Source: Camelus ferus (taxonomy: Eukaryota). From it: a DNA stretch of 64,000 bases. Positions 40,461 to 51,347 of this stretch are shown one piece after another. The DNA is taken from assembly GCF_009834535.1 (NCBI RefSeq), contig NC_045697.1:25298001-25362000 (forward strand), written 5' to 3'. How positions within the stretch are numbered: position 1 is the stretch's first letter; each line of letters opens with the position of its first letter. A program made the translations under genes and the position numbers. The notes beneath the pieces were generated by a model. It was not told where the DNA came from and made no database searches. It saw only the letters and a list, made by a program, of their open reading frames with translations.

Positions 40461-43400
40461 GGGTAAATTCGGGAAGGAATTTCTTAGAGAAACAGATGAT
40501 TGGTGAAATGTAGAAAGAAAAGGAGCCTAATTTGGGGGATGAAAAACTAAGAGAGAAAGTTAAGAATTTGTTTTTTAAAAAATAGGTCAATTTTTAAGGG
40601 AAAATGGAAATCCAGAAAGTGCATACCTATTAGTTCTTATGGTTTATATGGAGTAAGTGAATTTTATCTGTTGAGCATAAAGTATGTAAAAATGGAAAAG
40701 GAAACTAAGAGGGGAAATATGTGTTTTATATATATACAATCTACTTTTTGAAATTAAAATAATTAGTTGGCAGATACTTCTCCAGTGTCGTAGAAAAACC
40801 ACATGCAGTGATTGAGATGTTACTGGCCAAATAGCCTTCTGTTTTTAAATTTCCTAATCTTCCCTTTATCATGCTATCCAAAAAAATGTACATTGGGAAT
40901 GGTATCATCTATATTTCGCTTGATCTCATGTAAAGATATTTTAGTTTTTAAAAGTAGTTTGAAAAAATAAAATTCAGTTGGTGGGAAGAGATAATGAAAT
41001 ATTAAACACTCTTCTTGGGCTTTTTACCCCCCTTTTTTTTGCTTTACAGAGATGCTAAAAAATCAGTACATACAATTTCAGATTTAGAATGTTATTACTC
41101 TCCTAGAGGAAAAGTTTCTTTTCTGAGCTGAAATTTTTCAAATGGTTAAAGATTAATTTATAATCCCTGTATGCAGCAATGTCGGTAATTCTTTTGAATG
41201 CCTTTTTGATATGTCATAGTCTGCAAAACGAAACTTTCACTGGAAAACATTTATTATTTATGTTCTTTGTTCTTCACTAACAGATGGGGACTCTCTAATA
41301 GAATCTTTTTAAAAATCATTAATGCATTTTAAAACACAAGCGGGATCTATGATGAGTGCCCAAATCTTTGCTTAAAATGCTAATTTTGTAATTTGTTAAC
41401 TAGCAAGAAAAAAATCCATTTAAATATTCTAGTTCACTTTGAAGTTTTTGTGTATCAACTAGATATACAAAATTCTTATGCCAATTAGTTGATCCAAAAT
41501 GCAGATCTATTTAGTGCTTGGCTTGGTAGCTAGTCTAGCAATTAAAATTTTTCCATTATTTTCTAGTTGTAACATTGTTACTGGATTATCTTACTTTGAA
41601 TACATTTGGATAAGAGTCTTCTAATAGCCAGCATAAAATTATTAAATAATGTGCTAAAAATAATTATTCATCAAGCTTTGTGAATTATCAATCATTAAGA
41701 ATTCAATTAAATATACTTGAAGTGCCTATCATATTTTAGAACATAAAGATCTTTTGTTATTAAATTGAGATACAAACCAAATACAACATATTTTTTCTCT
41801 TATAAAAATCTGATTAAAACAATATAGCTGACTTTGTTTATAATAAAGTCATCTTTCTTAGAAATTCTCATATATCAAAGATAATTTCAACAGTTAAAGC
41901 TAAATTTCTAGAACCCTTTTAAATAATGAACCAGGAATTCATTAAAAGTAAGCTAACAGTACAAATAAAATAAATGACTAATTTTAATGTTTGAAAAGGA
42001 CCATAATCAGTAGTTGAAATAATATCTTTCTGAAACGTTCTCACTTCTAGTTTAGCATCTCTCTCGTTAAAATTGACCTTATGTGTGGATTGTTTCTCTC
42101 TGCATCCTTTTCATACTTCTATCTCTATGCTTTTCCCTTCCAATTCATCCCCCCAAATATTGCCAGGTATACTTCTAAAACCTACATGTGATCATAAAAT
42201 CACCTAGCTGTTAATAGTCAATAGCAATATATGTGCAAAGATAACAGCTTAACAACCAAGGTCAAGAACAAATAGCAAAATATCAAATATCAAAATATTT
42301 TTAAAGCTGTAAAATCATCTTAGTTTTATTTAATTACCATTTGAAACATGACACAAATAACCATTTTATTTTAAAGGAATTAGTCAAATAGAGAACAATG
42401 TAACAAATATAACTAAACAATGATAATTATAACTTGCATGTAGCTATATTTAAGGAGATTTTAAGAATTTCAGTTAAAATTACTAAGTATACAGGAGCAT
42501 ACTTACATACTTTTTAAAATCTAACAAAAAGGAAAAGAAATGTGGAGGCTTCCAACCCAAGGGGCAAAAACATGATATAGCCCAATTTCCATTATAAAAT
42601 ATTATCTAAGTTATAGTTGTACAGAAGTCAGGAAAGTTGTATGTGAAGTTGTACAAAACTTTTGAGTTATGGTGAATGGTTAGGAAGCCATTTAGAAGTG
42701 CAGGTAAAAAAGTCCTAATATATAAGGCAGAGAACTAAATTAAAATTTTTAGGTAACTATGTAATCCAGGACAATCTTTTTCTATCAAGTCGGTGTTCCA
42801 TAATTCCTTCAACTTTGCCAGAGGCTTAGGAAAGTTACTCAAGAGGAAGGACTTCTGAAGACAAAGGATTGTAAAACAGAGAGGCTTAAAATATGCAAAG
42901 ATCATTGATCTTAAGTTCACTGGGAAGCTACACACTTCAAATGTAACCATTAGAAGAATTTTCACTCCAAAGTCTGATTCAGCCTTTTCCAATGCTTATC
43001 CCAAGGAACGTTATATTAAACATGTCAGTTATATGAAGGATAAAAATCTCATTGCATCAGTATTTGGGGAAATGCTGCCCACTCCCCCACCCCCTGAAAC
43101 ACACACACACAGAGAACTGCTTATAGCTGAAGTGTGCTGTGAACCTCCAGTAGAAAACCTTACTATGAACATTTCTCATAATCACCTGCCTTTCTTGATT
43201 TGAAGGTATCCTCAGATAACCTTCCTTTTGATTAACCCAGAGTTGCCTGATTAGACTCCAATCAAGTGAGGGATGGCTCATCATGTTCCTTACACCAGGG
43301 GGCTGGAGTCTTGGGAGCCATCATGGACCTTGCTTTCCACGGTGGAAGCATCTTTGCTATTTTGTTTGTACTTTCATCCCTGGCACCTTTGTGCCATTAT

Positions 43401-46400
43401 ACGCTACAGTTCTGAGGCATTATTAACTTCAGCAACAATTGAAGATGGTGTAAACAAATAAAATAGTCATATTAAAATGATTGTTTTGATCACATGAAGC
43501 TGTTTCTTTTGAAGTGTTGATTTGTATAAACTCTCAAAAAACATCGTTAAGATGAAGGTGTTTAAAGCAGAGCCATTACCTGTGTTTCTTTGAAGTGACT
43601 TAATTTTTCTTACAAGTGATGAAAAATCACCATTTTAATCATATTATAAGAATCAAATGAATAAAAGAATACTGTTAACCTTTACAACACTTGATGTTGG
43701 TGTTTTCATCTATAATATATTCATTTTCCTTTCTTAAAGGGATACTAATGGCTTAACCTGATTTTCTTTTGTAAATTCATAATGTGGTAAAAACGAATAA
43801 TTATCTTTTTAAGGATTATCATTCTCTTTTAAAGTCAGATGAACAAATATATCTTAAAAGATTATGACAAATAAGAATCAGATTCCCTCGTTACATTCTT
43901 CTCTGGGTTTCTAGAGAATTTTATATGTCAAAATAGGTGTCATTTGGCAAGCACATGCCTGAAACTTATATGTGCTCACCAGAAGTTGTCTTTGAAAAAT
44001 TTTTGTGAGTGCAGAGGGAAAGTCACTTGTTCTGGACAGCTTTTGTGCCCTAAGATCATGCTAGTTAGCAAATCATACATAAAGGGCACTAATGAGGTTA
44101 ATAAGAAGAATGCCTTTAAGCTTCTCACTAAGGAATATGCTTAGAAAAATAAGAATGAGTAAGGTACAGCGTACTTGGACTTTCACAAGACTAAAAGGAG
44201 ATTAGTTACCATGTTTCAAAGTGCAAGCAATTATTTTAAAGTAATCCTATTTATTTCCATTTCTGCTTTTCCTTTAAATCCGTGTATCTTTTGCTTTTAC
44301 CATGTAGAATTGTTATTTAGCCTCATATAATTTTGCAAAATCTGCACTGGCCCAAAATGACATTCACTGAAAATGAAAATACTCATAAAAATTTTCTGTT
44401 GGCCCATGTTTAAGTCAGTCAATAAATGTGTATTTTCAAAATACAGAATATGTTTATAAGAAAAACAGTTCTAAGTGTTACTCTCTTTGAAGAGTATATC
44501 AATTCTGATATACAGGACTAGTGCAAAAATGTTATAAGACAAAACTAATGGGTAATGATAATTTTAATATGTTTACAGCACTTAATTCACATAGAATAGT
44601 TCCAAGCATAATTTAAATAAGTTCATATAATTCTGCAGGTCCCTTCCAAATTCGAAGATTCAGACAATGGAAATTATAATACAATTTATAATTTCAGTGA
44701 TTCATGAAATTTAAACATGTTTTTTGATCTCCAAACAAAAGCTTATCTGTGTAAGAACCCAGAACATTTCTTTGACCAAATGGATACTCATTAATATTAC
44801 TGATGTTGAAAAACACAAATGAAATGGAAAAATGATTAATCTTAATAATGCTTTAATTCTAATCAATTGATAATCTCAATGATTTATTTAGCCATAAAGT
44901 GTATGCTCTCTTTAAGAAAGATTCTAGAAGTAACAAAGTTAAAATTCTGATATTCCCTGAATAGTTACATTTGTCTGTATCTGTTTATAAATATTACATG
45001 TCAATTTTGTATTTATTGATACTTTAATATTGATTAGATGACAGTTCAGAGAAAAAGCAATATTTAAGAATCATACTACTCTTTAGAACATTTATTTATG
45101 TCATATGACATCAGTATTCTTTGTAACACTCCTAGCACCAGGGACAAGATACCTGTAAGTGAAGCTTATAAAATTTACTATTATCTTTTGAGAGAATGTT
45201 TTTGTTCCAGTTCTCAGCTAATGATATGCATTTGATATCACGAGGTTTCTACATGGCAGGCCAAGAGATTGTGAAACAAATCTAGTCCTTATCGTGCTCT
45301 GAACACATAGCATCAGACTTAGACTGCTAAGGAGTGAATATTTCCTGAATGTAAATTGCTTTCAGATGGAGAAAAATACTATTTTTTTCTAGATGAACAA
45401 CTTTTCCTTTCCAGACTTTGGCTAACTGGGCTTCTGTTATCATATAGTTTTTCAGATGGAGTATAAAATCATGATTGAAATTTCTAACAAAATCTGGAGA
45501 TTGGAAGACTCAAAGTTAAAAACATCAATACTGACTTACACAAAGTCCATTTTATTGGAAATATAAGTAAATATTAGAAAAATAATTTTAAGTAGAAAGT
45601 CTGTAGAAAATTCTATCAGTAATAACAGGTACTATTTATGTAGCATTTACTGTTTGCCAGTCTCCAAGGATTTCACACAGATTTACTCAAGGATTCCTCA
45701 CAAGTCTGTGAAGTAAATACTACGATATACTCATTTTACACATGAAGGGATTGAGACACGAAGAGGGATGGTAATTCAGATAAAGACAAAACTAGATTTT
45801 CACTCAGACTCAACAGGCTCTTAGATACTATCATAAGAATTGTTGTTATTATTACTTACTATTATTATTACTATAACTTAAGATAGCAAAGGAAAGATCA
45901 AGTCACTAATAACCAGAAAGGTTTTTTGTTTTTGTTTTTGTTTTTGTTTTTCCAAATCTAGGTTGCTTTCAGGTAAAGAGATCAAAGATCAAGGACAGTT
46001 TTACTCTCAATCAGAGCAGGATCGAGTTTAGGCAATGTTATTCATCATGTAACATATTTTTAAAAGTCCACTAGTACAATGAAAACATCTTTTGTTTCCT
46101 TTGGAGAATTGCTCCTTGTACAACAGTTTCTTGAGGAACATGACAATCTTTGAATCCCTTAAAATATTACCAGACAATTCATAAATTTGCTCCAGCTATA
46201 TGTCACAACATGCCTTCATATATCCACTGATCTCTAGGTCTATTAACTACTTGATAGCTTCCAAGCATGCAAACATACTCTTTTTCTTCTCTTCCCATTT
46301 ACGTGAGATGATTCCTGTTTTGGGGAAGGTTCTTCCAGCATTTCTGTGCCTTAGAACTTTTCTATAACATATGAGATCATAGAGGTGCCCTTCTGTCCCT

Positions 46401-47541
46401 AACTTGATGGTGGATTTTTCATATTGTGTTACAGTGAACTCAACTGATATTTATTGTGTCATTAACCTAGACTGGATGCTGGAGGTAAGGTTAAAAGAAA
46501 TAATTCCATTTCTTAAACTTAAAATCTAATAGGGTGAATAAGAAAGTAAGCAGACCATTTCAGGTTAAATGACTACTCCAGTTAACTTGACATTTATAGG
46601 ATTCATGTGGCAATGGATCCATTAAATGGTCAAAGATTGATTAGTAATGCAGTAAGATCACCCTACTAACTCCTTTTATTCAGAGACCACTCTGCTGTCA
46701 TGATACAATTTTCTCTGCTGTACGTCAATCAGTCTCTTAATTAAAGCTGACCTTTTGTTTAGTCTTTAATATAAGAAGCTAATGTACTGACTTGGTAACG
46801 ACAGTGTTAGGCCACCTTACCCAGCAGGTGTGGCCAGGTACAGGGTGAAAGTCAAGTCTTTTAACTTGGTATTTGTCATAAATAAGGTGCTATTTTGTTA
46901 TTTTTCAACTTATTCAGGACCTGGACAAGGAAGAGGAATGATATTTATTAGGACTCCTAAAAAGTCCCAATACTAATGCAAGGAAAATAAAAATGAGTTG
47001 TTTTTGTAAGTGGTCATGCTGATGAATTTATAGAAGAAAAACAAATGTGTGGATAAGCTTTTGGTGAGGTTGGCTATTTGACCCTGAAACTTGGACTTCT
47101 GTGGGACAGTGAGGCATTTTCAGCTTGGTACAGTGTAGGGACCAGGTCGATTGGGTTTTTACGATTGAATTGAGGCATAGGAAAGAGACTTTAAACCTTT
47201 GGGTACCTAGCATTTCGACTTTGGCTTTATCCACAGCTGAGTGGTTGTTTTTATGGAGCAGTGGTTCCCTAGGTTAGCACCATTAGGGCATTCTCAAGTT
47301 GGCTGCAGTTAGGATCACCTGGGGGCATCTCAGACATAATTGTTGAGGGTAAGACCCTCAACATCTTGATTCCAAGATGCAGACAACGTTGGGAACCTTT
47401 AAGCAAAGATGAGGACGTTTGGCAATTTGCAAATTTTGGCAACCTCGGCAATACCTAAGATGCCTGTGTGTGGGGAGCAGGGGCAAGAAGCATACGTGAA
47501 ATCCAGAACAGCATGTCAGTTACAAGCTGTTGGGTTCAAAG

Positions 47542-47680
47542 TGCAATGGACTGGATGTGTGTGCCCTCCCCAAAATTATATGTGGAAATCCTAACCCCCA
47601 GTATGATGGTATTTGAGGGCGGGGCCTTTGGGAGGTAATTAGTTCACAAGTGTGGAGCCCTCATGAATGGAACTAATGCC
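47542..47680 (+). mobile_element. MaLR LTR (MLT1A/B-like), 5' part, interrupted by the provirus
   Basis: AATCCTAACCCCCAG...GGGGCCTTTGGGAGGTAATTAG...GGAGCCCTCATGAATGG matches the recalled MLT1A/B consensus. Confidence 0.85.
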
Positions 47681-48030
47681 TATCAGCCAAGGGAGGCTGG
47701 AGAGGGATTTGAGGAGAGCTATGCAACTGGAAGGCGTGAGGAGCCGACATAATGCACGAGCAGCCGAAATGGAGCAAAACAGCACTTTACTGCAGTGCAA
47801 GCGGGTGGCGCACGCGGCGGGCAGCCCCCGGGTGTATGCACTTGTCCTTTTATAATGCAAGTGGCGCATGCGTAGTGTCCGTAATGCCGACTCCGGCTAC
47901 TGGCGCATGCGTGGTGTTTATAATGCTTATTCATGCTACTGGCGCATGCGTACATTTACCTCTTTCCAGGTGCAAGCTATTGTGAACTTTGTCCTGGGCC
48001 CCGCGGCATACTCACTTAAGGCTGCCAACA
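47681..48030 (-). repeat. 3' LTR of the provirus (350 bp)
   Basis: Preceded on the minus strand by the PPT. About 49 mismatches against the 5' LTR by hand alignment. TATAAAA at 47848-47854 and AGTAAA polyA-signal variant at 47786-47791, both on the minus strand. Confidence 0.93.
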
Positions 48031-48038
48031 CTCCCCCT
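48031..48038 (-). promoter_or_regulatory. Polypurine tract
   Basis: AGGGGGAG immediately before the TG start of the 3' LTR on the minus strand. Confidence 0.85.
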
Positions 48039-48069
48039 AGGTCATGGGGACCCTGGCCCATATTGCGGA

Positions 48070-48741
48070 GCCCTGTGAAAATAGCACATGTGCCGCCTTG
48101 GTTTGCAGTGAGAATATCTAATGCCATCCTGTTTTGTAAGATCACCTTCCATACTTGGGTGGCCTCATCTAATAATTCCTCTGTGGCTTTCCTAGTAACA
48201 TTTAATGCTGATATGTGCTGAGCTAAAGCTTCTATCTGCAACTCTACACTGATGGGCCCGGCACCAGGCAGGAACAGGGCCATGAAATAAAACCACCAAG
48301 CTGCATGCTTTTCACAGTGCCACTGGGTGTGCTGCAGATCCCAGTTCATGGGGCGCTCTGTTAAAGTGGGCCGATGTTCCCAGGCAAGTAAGCTTTACCC
48401 CAAGTACAGCACCCTCTCCACTCAGCCGGGAGATATGACCATCCGTGGGTGCCACATACCCATAGATACCCTGGCAGCAGGAAATCGGTGGGTTTCGTGC
48501 CAGTCAGACACCGTCCATCCCACCAAGTGGAGGCATTTACATTGTGAGTGAGGTTGGCACATAGTCCTTTGGGGAGCGACCCCACTGTGCAGTTTGGGGC
48601 CTCGCATTCAAACCGCTGCTCAATACAGAAGGGGCTTAAACTTGTCAATTTTATATGAACAAGTACTGCCATAGAGAAGGTTCCTCTGCCTTCTAAGTAC
48701 TGCCATGGAGTAGGTTCCCCTGCAATAACTTCTCTAGTGGG
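48070..48741 (-). pseudogene. env: env remnant: C-terminal SU plus TM ectodomain, without a membrane anchor
   Basis: LWVCGTHGWSYLPAEWRGCCTWG; decayed furin site CEKH; hydrophobic fusion-peptide-like WWFYFMALFLPGAG; heptad region; ISD LQNRMALDILTANQGGTC at 48086-48139; then truncated before the CX6CC motif is complete. Confidence 0.9.
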
Positions 48742-50289
48742 CTCATACCAGAAGGCTTCAGTGACAGTGCTACTGCAACCTAATTGAGCAGACCGCCCTT
48801 GCAAGAATAATCTGTATACCAAGCAGTTCCCCAGGGGTGGCTTTTCCCCTTTGTGAAAGGGACTAGGTGCGGAGTCCACCCCCCCGATATGGGAGTGTCT
48901 GTACAACAGGCGCAACAAACTCCACAGACCCTAACACCTGCTGCAATTCTGCAGCCAAGAGGCTGGTGGCGTACTAGGCCCTCTGTTCTAAATAAGCACC
49001 CCACTTCATAAGAGTTGGGATCTGTGCAGTCCCCTATCGGGGTTGCCTTGCCCACGTGTGTATCTGTCTTGCAATGGGGTATGTGGTCTGTACCTGGACC
49101 TCTTGCTTCCCTGTCAGGGGTTCAGTGGCTATCAAGGATGCATACACTGCTAACAATTGTTTCTCAATTAAAGAATAATGATACTCAGCCCTTTCCACAA
49201 CTGAGACCAGAACCCTATAGGCACCTTTCATTGCCCATGTTTTTGCCATAAGCCCGAACCATATCCATCATCGTCCACACGGACTTTTAACCAGAAAGGG
49301 AGGCTGGATCTATAGTGCACAGTGCTTGTGCTACTGCCCTCTTAGTTTCTACAAATGCACGTTTGGCCTCATCTGTCCAATCCCAGACTTCTCCCTTCGT
49401 AATCAATTTATAAAGGGGTTTAGCTATTTGGGCCAAGTGAGGAATAAATGCCCGCCAGTATCCTAGAAGACCTAAGTAAGTCTGTAACTGTTTAACCATC
49501 TTGGGGCGGGAATCTGCCTGGATCTTGTCTATTACCACCGCAGGCAGCACTTCATCTTACCCGACCAGACAACACCAAAGGATTTGACAGAATATCCAGG
49601 TCCTCGCACTTTGTCCTCATTCACAGCCCACCCCCAGCCCGCCAGGACTTCTCGCAGTGCTGTGGCACTGGCTTCCAAATCTGAAAGAGAATCAGAGGTT
49701 AACATTATGTCATCTATATAATTGAACAAACGAACAGTATCTGGTTTGCTCCATGTAGCCAGGTCCTGGGCGACCAGGCCATGGCACAGAGTGGGGCTGT
49801 GCAGCTATCCCTGCAGCAACACAACAAATGTCCACTGTCTGCCTTCCCAGGTGAAGGCAAACTGTTCTTGGCTCTCAGTGGCTTTATCTATAGAGAAGAA
49901 TGCATTAGCCAGGCCAACCACATAGTGACAAGTACCCAGTTCATGGGACAGCTGGTCCATTAAATCTGTTATATTCAGCACAGCCGCATGCATGGTGGGG
50001 TGACTTTGTTCAGTTCTCGATAGTCCACTGTCATCCTCCAGGAGCCGTCTGGCTTCTGCACTGGCCACACTTGAGAGTTTTATGGGCTATGCGTTGCCCG
50101 AATAATACCGGCTTCCTCAAGCTTTAAAATAATCCAAACTATCTCTTTGTGGCCTCCAGGCAACCAATATTGCTGAATATTCACCACTCGAGCAGCCTGT
50201 GGAAGAATCAGAGGTGCATGATGAGGGTGACCCCGTATGACTGTTTTCACTACGCGAACTCTCGGGTGAAATTCCCCTTGAGTCGCCTG
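48742..50289 (-). pseudogene. pol: Reverse transcriptase, connection region and N-terminus of RNase H; disrupted; no integrase
   Basis: [42 protein letters not shown] (catalytic D replaced by G); LLQG*LHSPTLCH; YIDD at 49709-49720; LGLLGYWRAFIPH; EKQLLAVY; AWYTD near 48810-48824. Several stops and frameshifts. Confidence 0.93.
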
Positions 50290-50617
50290 TATTTGCAATC
50301 CTTGCGAAATGTCTATCCCTAGGATATACTCACTACTGGGGATATATGTACTTCACATGCAGCAGGGGACAAAAGCGGCCAATACCCAAAGTCAGAGTCA
50401 CTTGTTTAACTCGCATTTGCTTGCTTCCATATCCCTCTATATCAACCCATGTTCCCCGAAAGCCATCTGGATTTCCATGCAGTAATGTAATTTCAGCTCC
50501 TGTATCTATTGATGCTAATACCCGCTGTTTGTTCGTGGGGGACCAGTGGATAGTCAGTCCAACGTGTGGCCTCCAGTTACCTGGGTTCCCCACGTCCTGG
50601 ACGCCTTGGCCTTCCCC
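50290..50617 (-). pseudogene. pro: Retroviral aspartic protease
   Basis: ORF 50333-50593 contains ASIDTGAEITLL (DTG at 50498-50506). The YILGID motif follows in a shifted frame. Confidence 0.9.
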
Positions 50618-50920
50618 CTAGTCCGGGAGGAAGTCAGTAGGGCCATTTCTCGGGCCCATAGGGAGGTTGGCAATGGAGTATATTGTTGCTCGGGCCGTGA
50701 TTTCTTCCATAGGGCCATCAGGACCTCCAGTTTCACCAGCTGCTGCACCACGGGTCGTACACTCAGCAGACCAGGGGGACTGGGCTTACTACTCTCAATA
50801 GGTGGTGGAACTGGACCCATGCAGGCATCCTTACTGTTATACTGAGTCTCTGCTCGAATTCCTCTTCCTTGTGCTGCAACTGCTCCACTTGTATCTGTAA
50901 TTCATCCGAGCTTCCCCGTC
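50618..50920 (-). pseudogene. gag: gag remnant, capsid largely missing
   Basis: Coiled-coil-like ELQIQVEQLQHKEEEFEQRL, then a proline-rich stretch and RPVVQQ, joined almost directly to EVLMALWKKSRPEQQY, ending DFLPD-TAG. Frameshifted. Only about 330 nt separate the PBS from pro. Confidence 0.6.
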
Positions 50921-50953
50921 AGAAGAAGGGGGAACAGAAGGGGCACTCACTTC

Positions 50954-50971
50954 ATCCTGCCGGCTGTGCCA
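50954..50971 (-). promoter_or_regulatory. Primer-binding site, tRNA-Ser-like
   Basis: TGGCACAGCCGGCAGGAT, 2 nt after the 5' LTR. Matches 15/18 to TGGCGTAGTCGGCAGGAT, the complement of the tRNA-Ser(AGA) 3' end as recalled. Confidence 0.85.
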
Positions 50972-50973
50972 AG

Positions 50974-51347
50974 TGTCCGCTGAGGGAGGCTGGAGAGGGG
51001 TTAGAGGAGGTGAGCTGCCCAACTGGAAAAGGCGCTAGGAGTCAACATAATGCTCGAGGAGTCAACATAATGCTCGAGGAGCCGACGTGGAACAAAACAG
51101 CACTTTACTGCAGTACAAGCGAGTGGTGCGTGCGGCGGGCAGCCCTCAGGTGCATGCACTTGTCCTTTTAGAATGCTAGTGGCGCATGCGTAGTGTTCAT
51201 AATGCTGACTCACACTACTGGCGCATGCGTGGTGTTCATAATGCGTAGTCATGCTACTTGCGCGTGCGTACATTTACCTCTCATCAGGTGCAAGCTATTG
51301 TGAACTTCGGCCTGGGCCCCAGGCCTACTCACTTATGGCTGCGGACA
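50974..51347 (-). repeat. 5' LTR of the provirus (374 bp)
   Basis: Perfect 7-bp terminal inverted repeat TGTCCGC...GCGGACA. Followed on the minus strand by the PBS. Homologous to 47681-48030 and carries an extra 20-bp tandem duplication. Confidence 0.93.

Larger units (their letters stand above)
47681..51347 (-). mobile_element. Internally deleted class III (ERV-S-like) endogenous retrovirus: LTR-PBS(Ser)-gag remnant-pro-RT-partial RNase H-env remnant-PPT-LTR
   Basis: Two homologous LTRs (47681-48030 and 50974-51347). Degenerate 5-bp TSD ATGCC (47676-47680) / GCGCC (51348-51352). PBS, PPT, and the DTG, YIDD, AWYTD and LQNRMALD motifs lie in the correct order on the minus strand. Confidence 0.93.

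Noticed and set aside
47855..47955. CRISPR-like appearance of evenly spaced repeats
   Set aside because: Mammalian LTR; the intervening sequences are themselves similar tandem units and there are no cas genes.
47639..47985. Several ORFs with repeated HACA/WRMR peptides (also 51001-51273)
   Set aside because: Translations of the GC-rich 39-bp LTR repeats, not genes.
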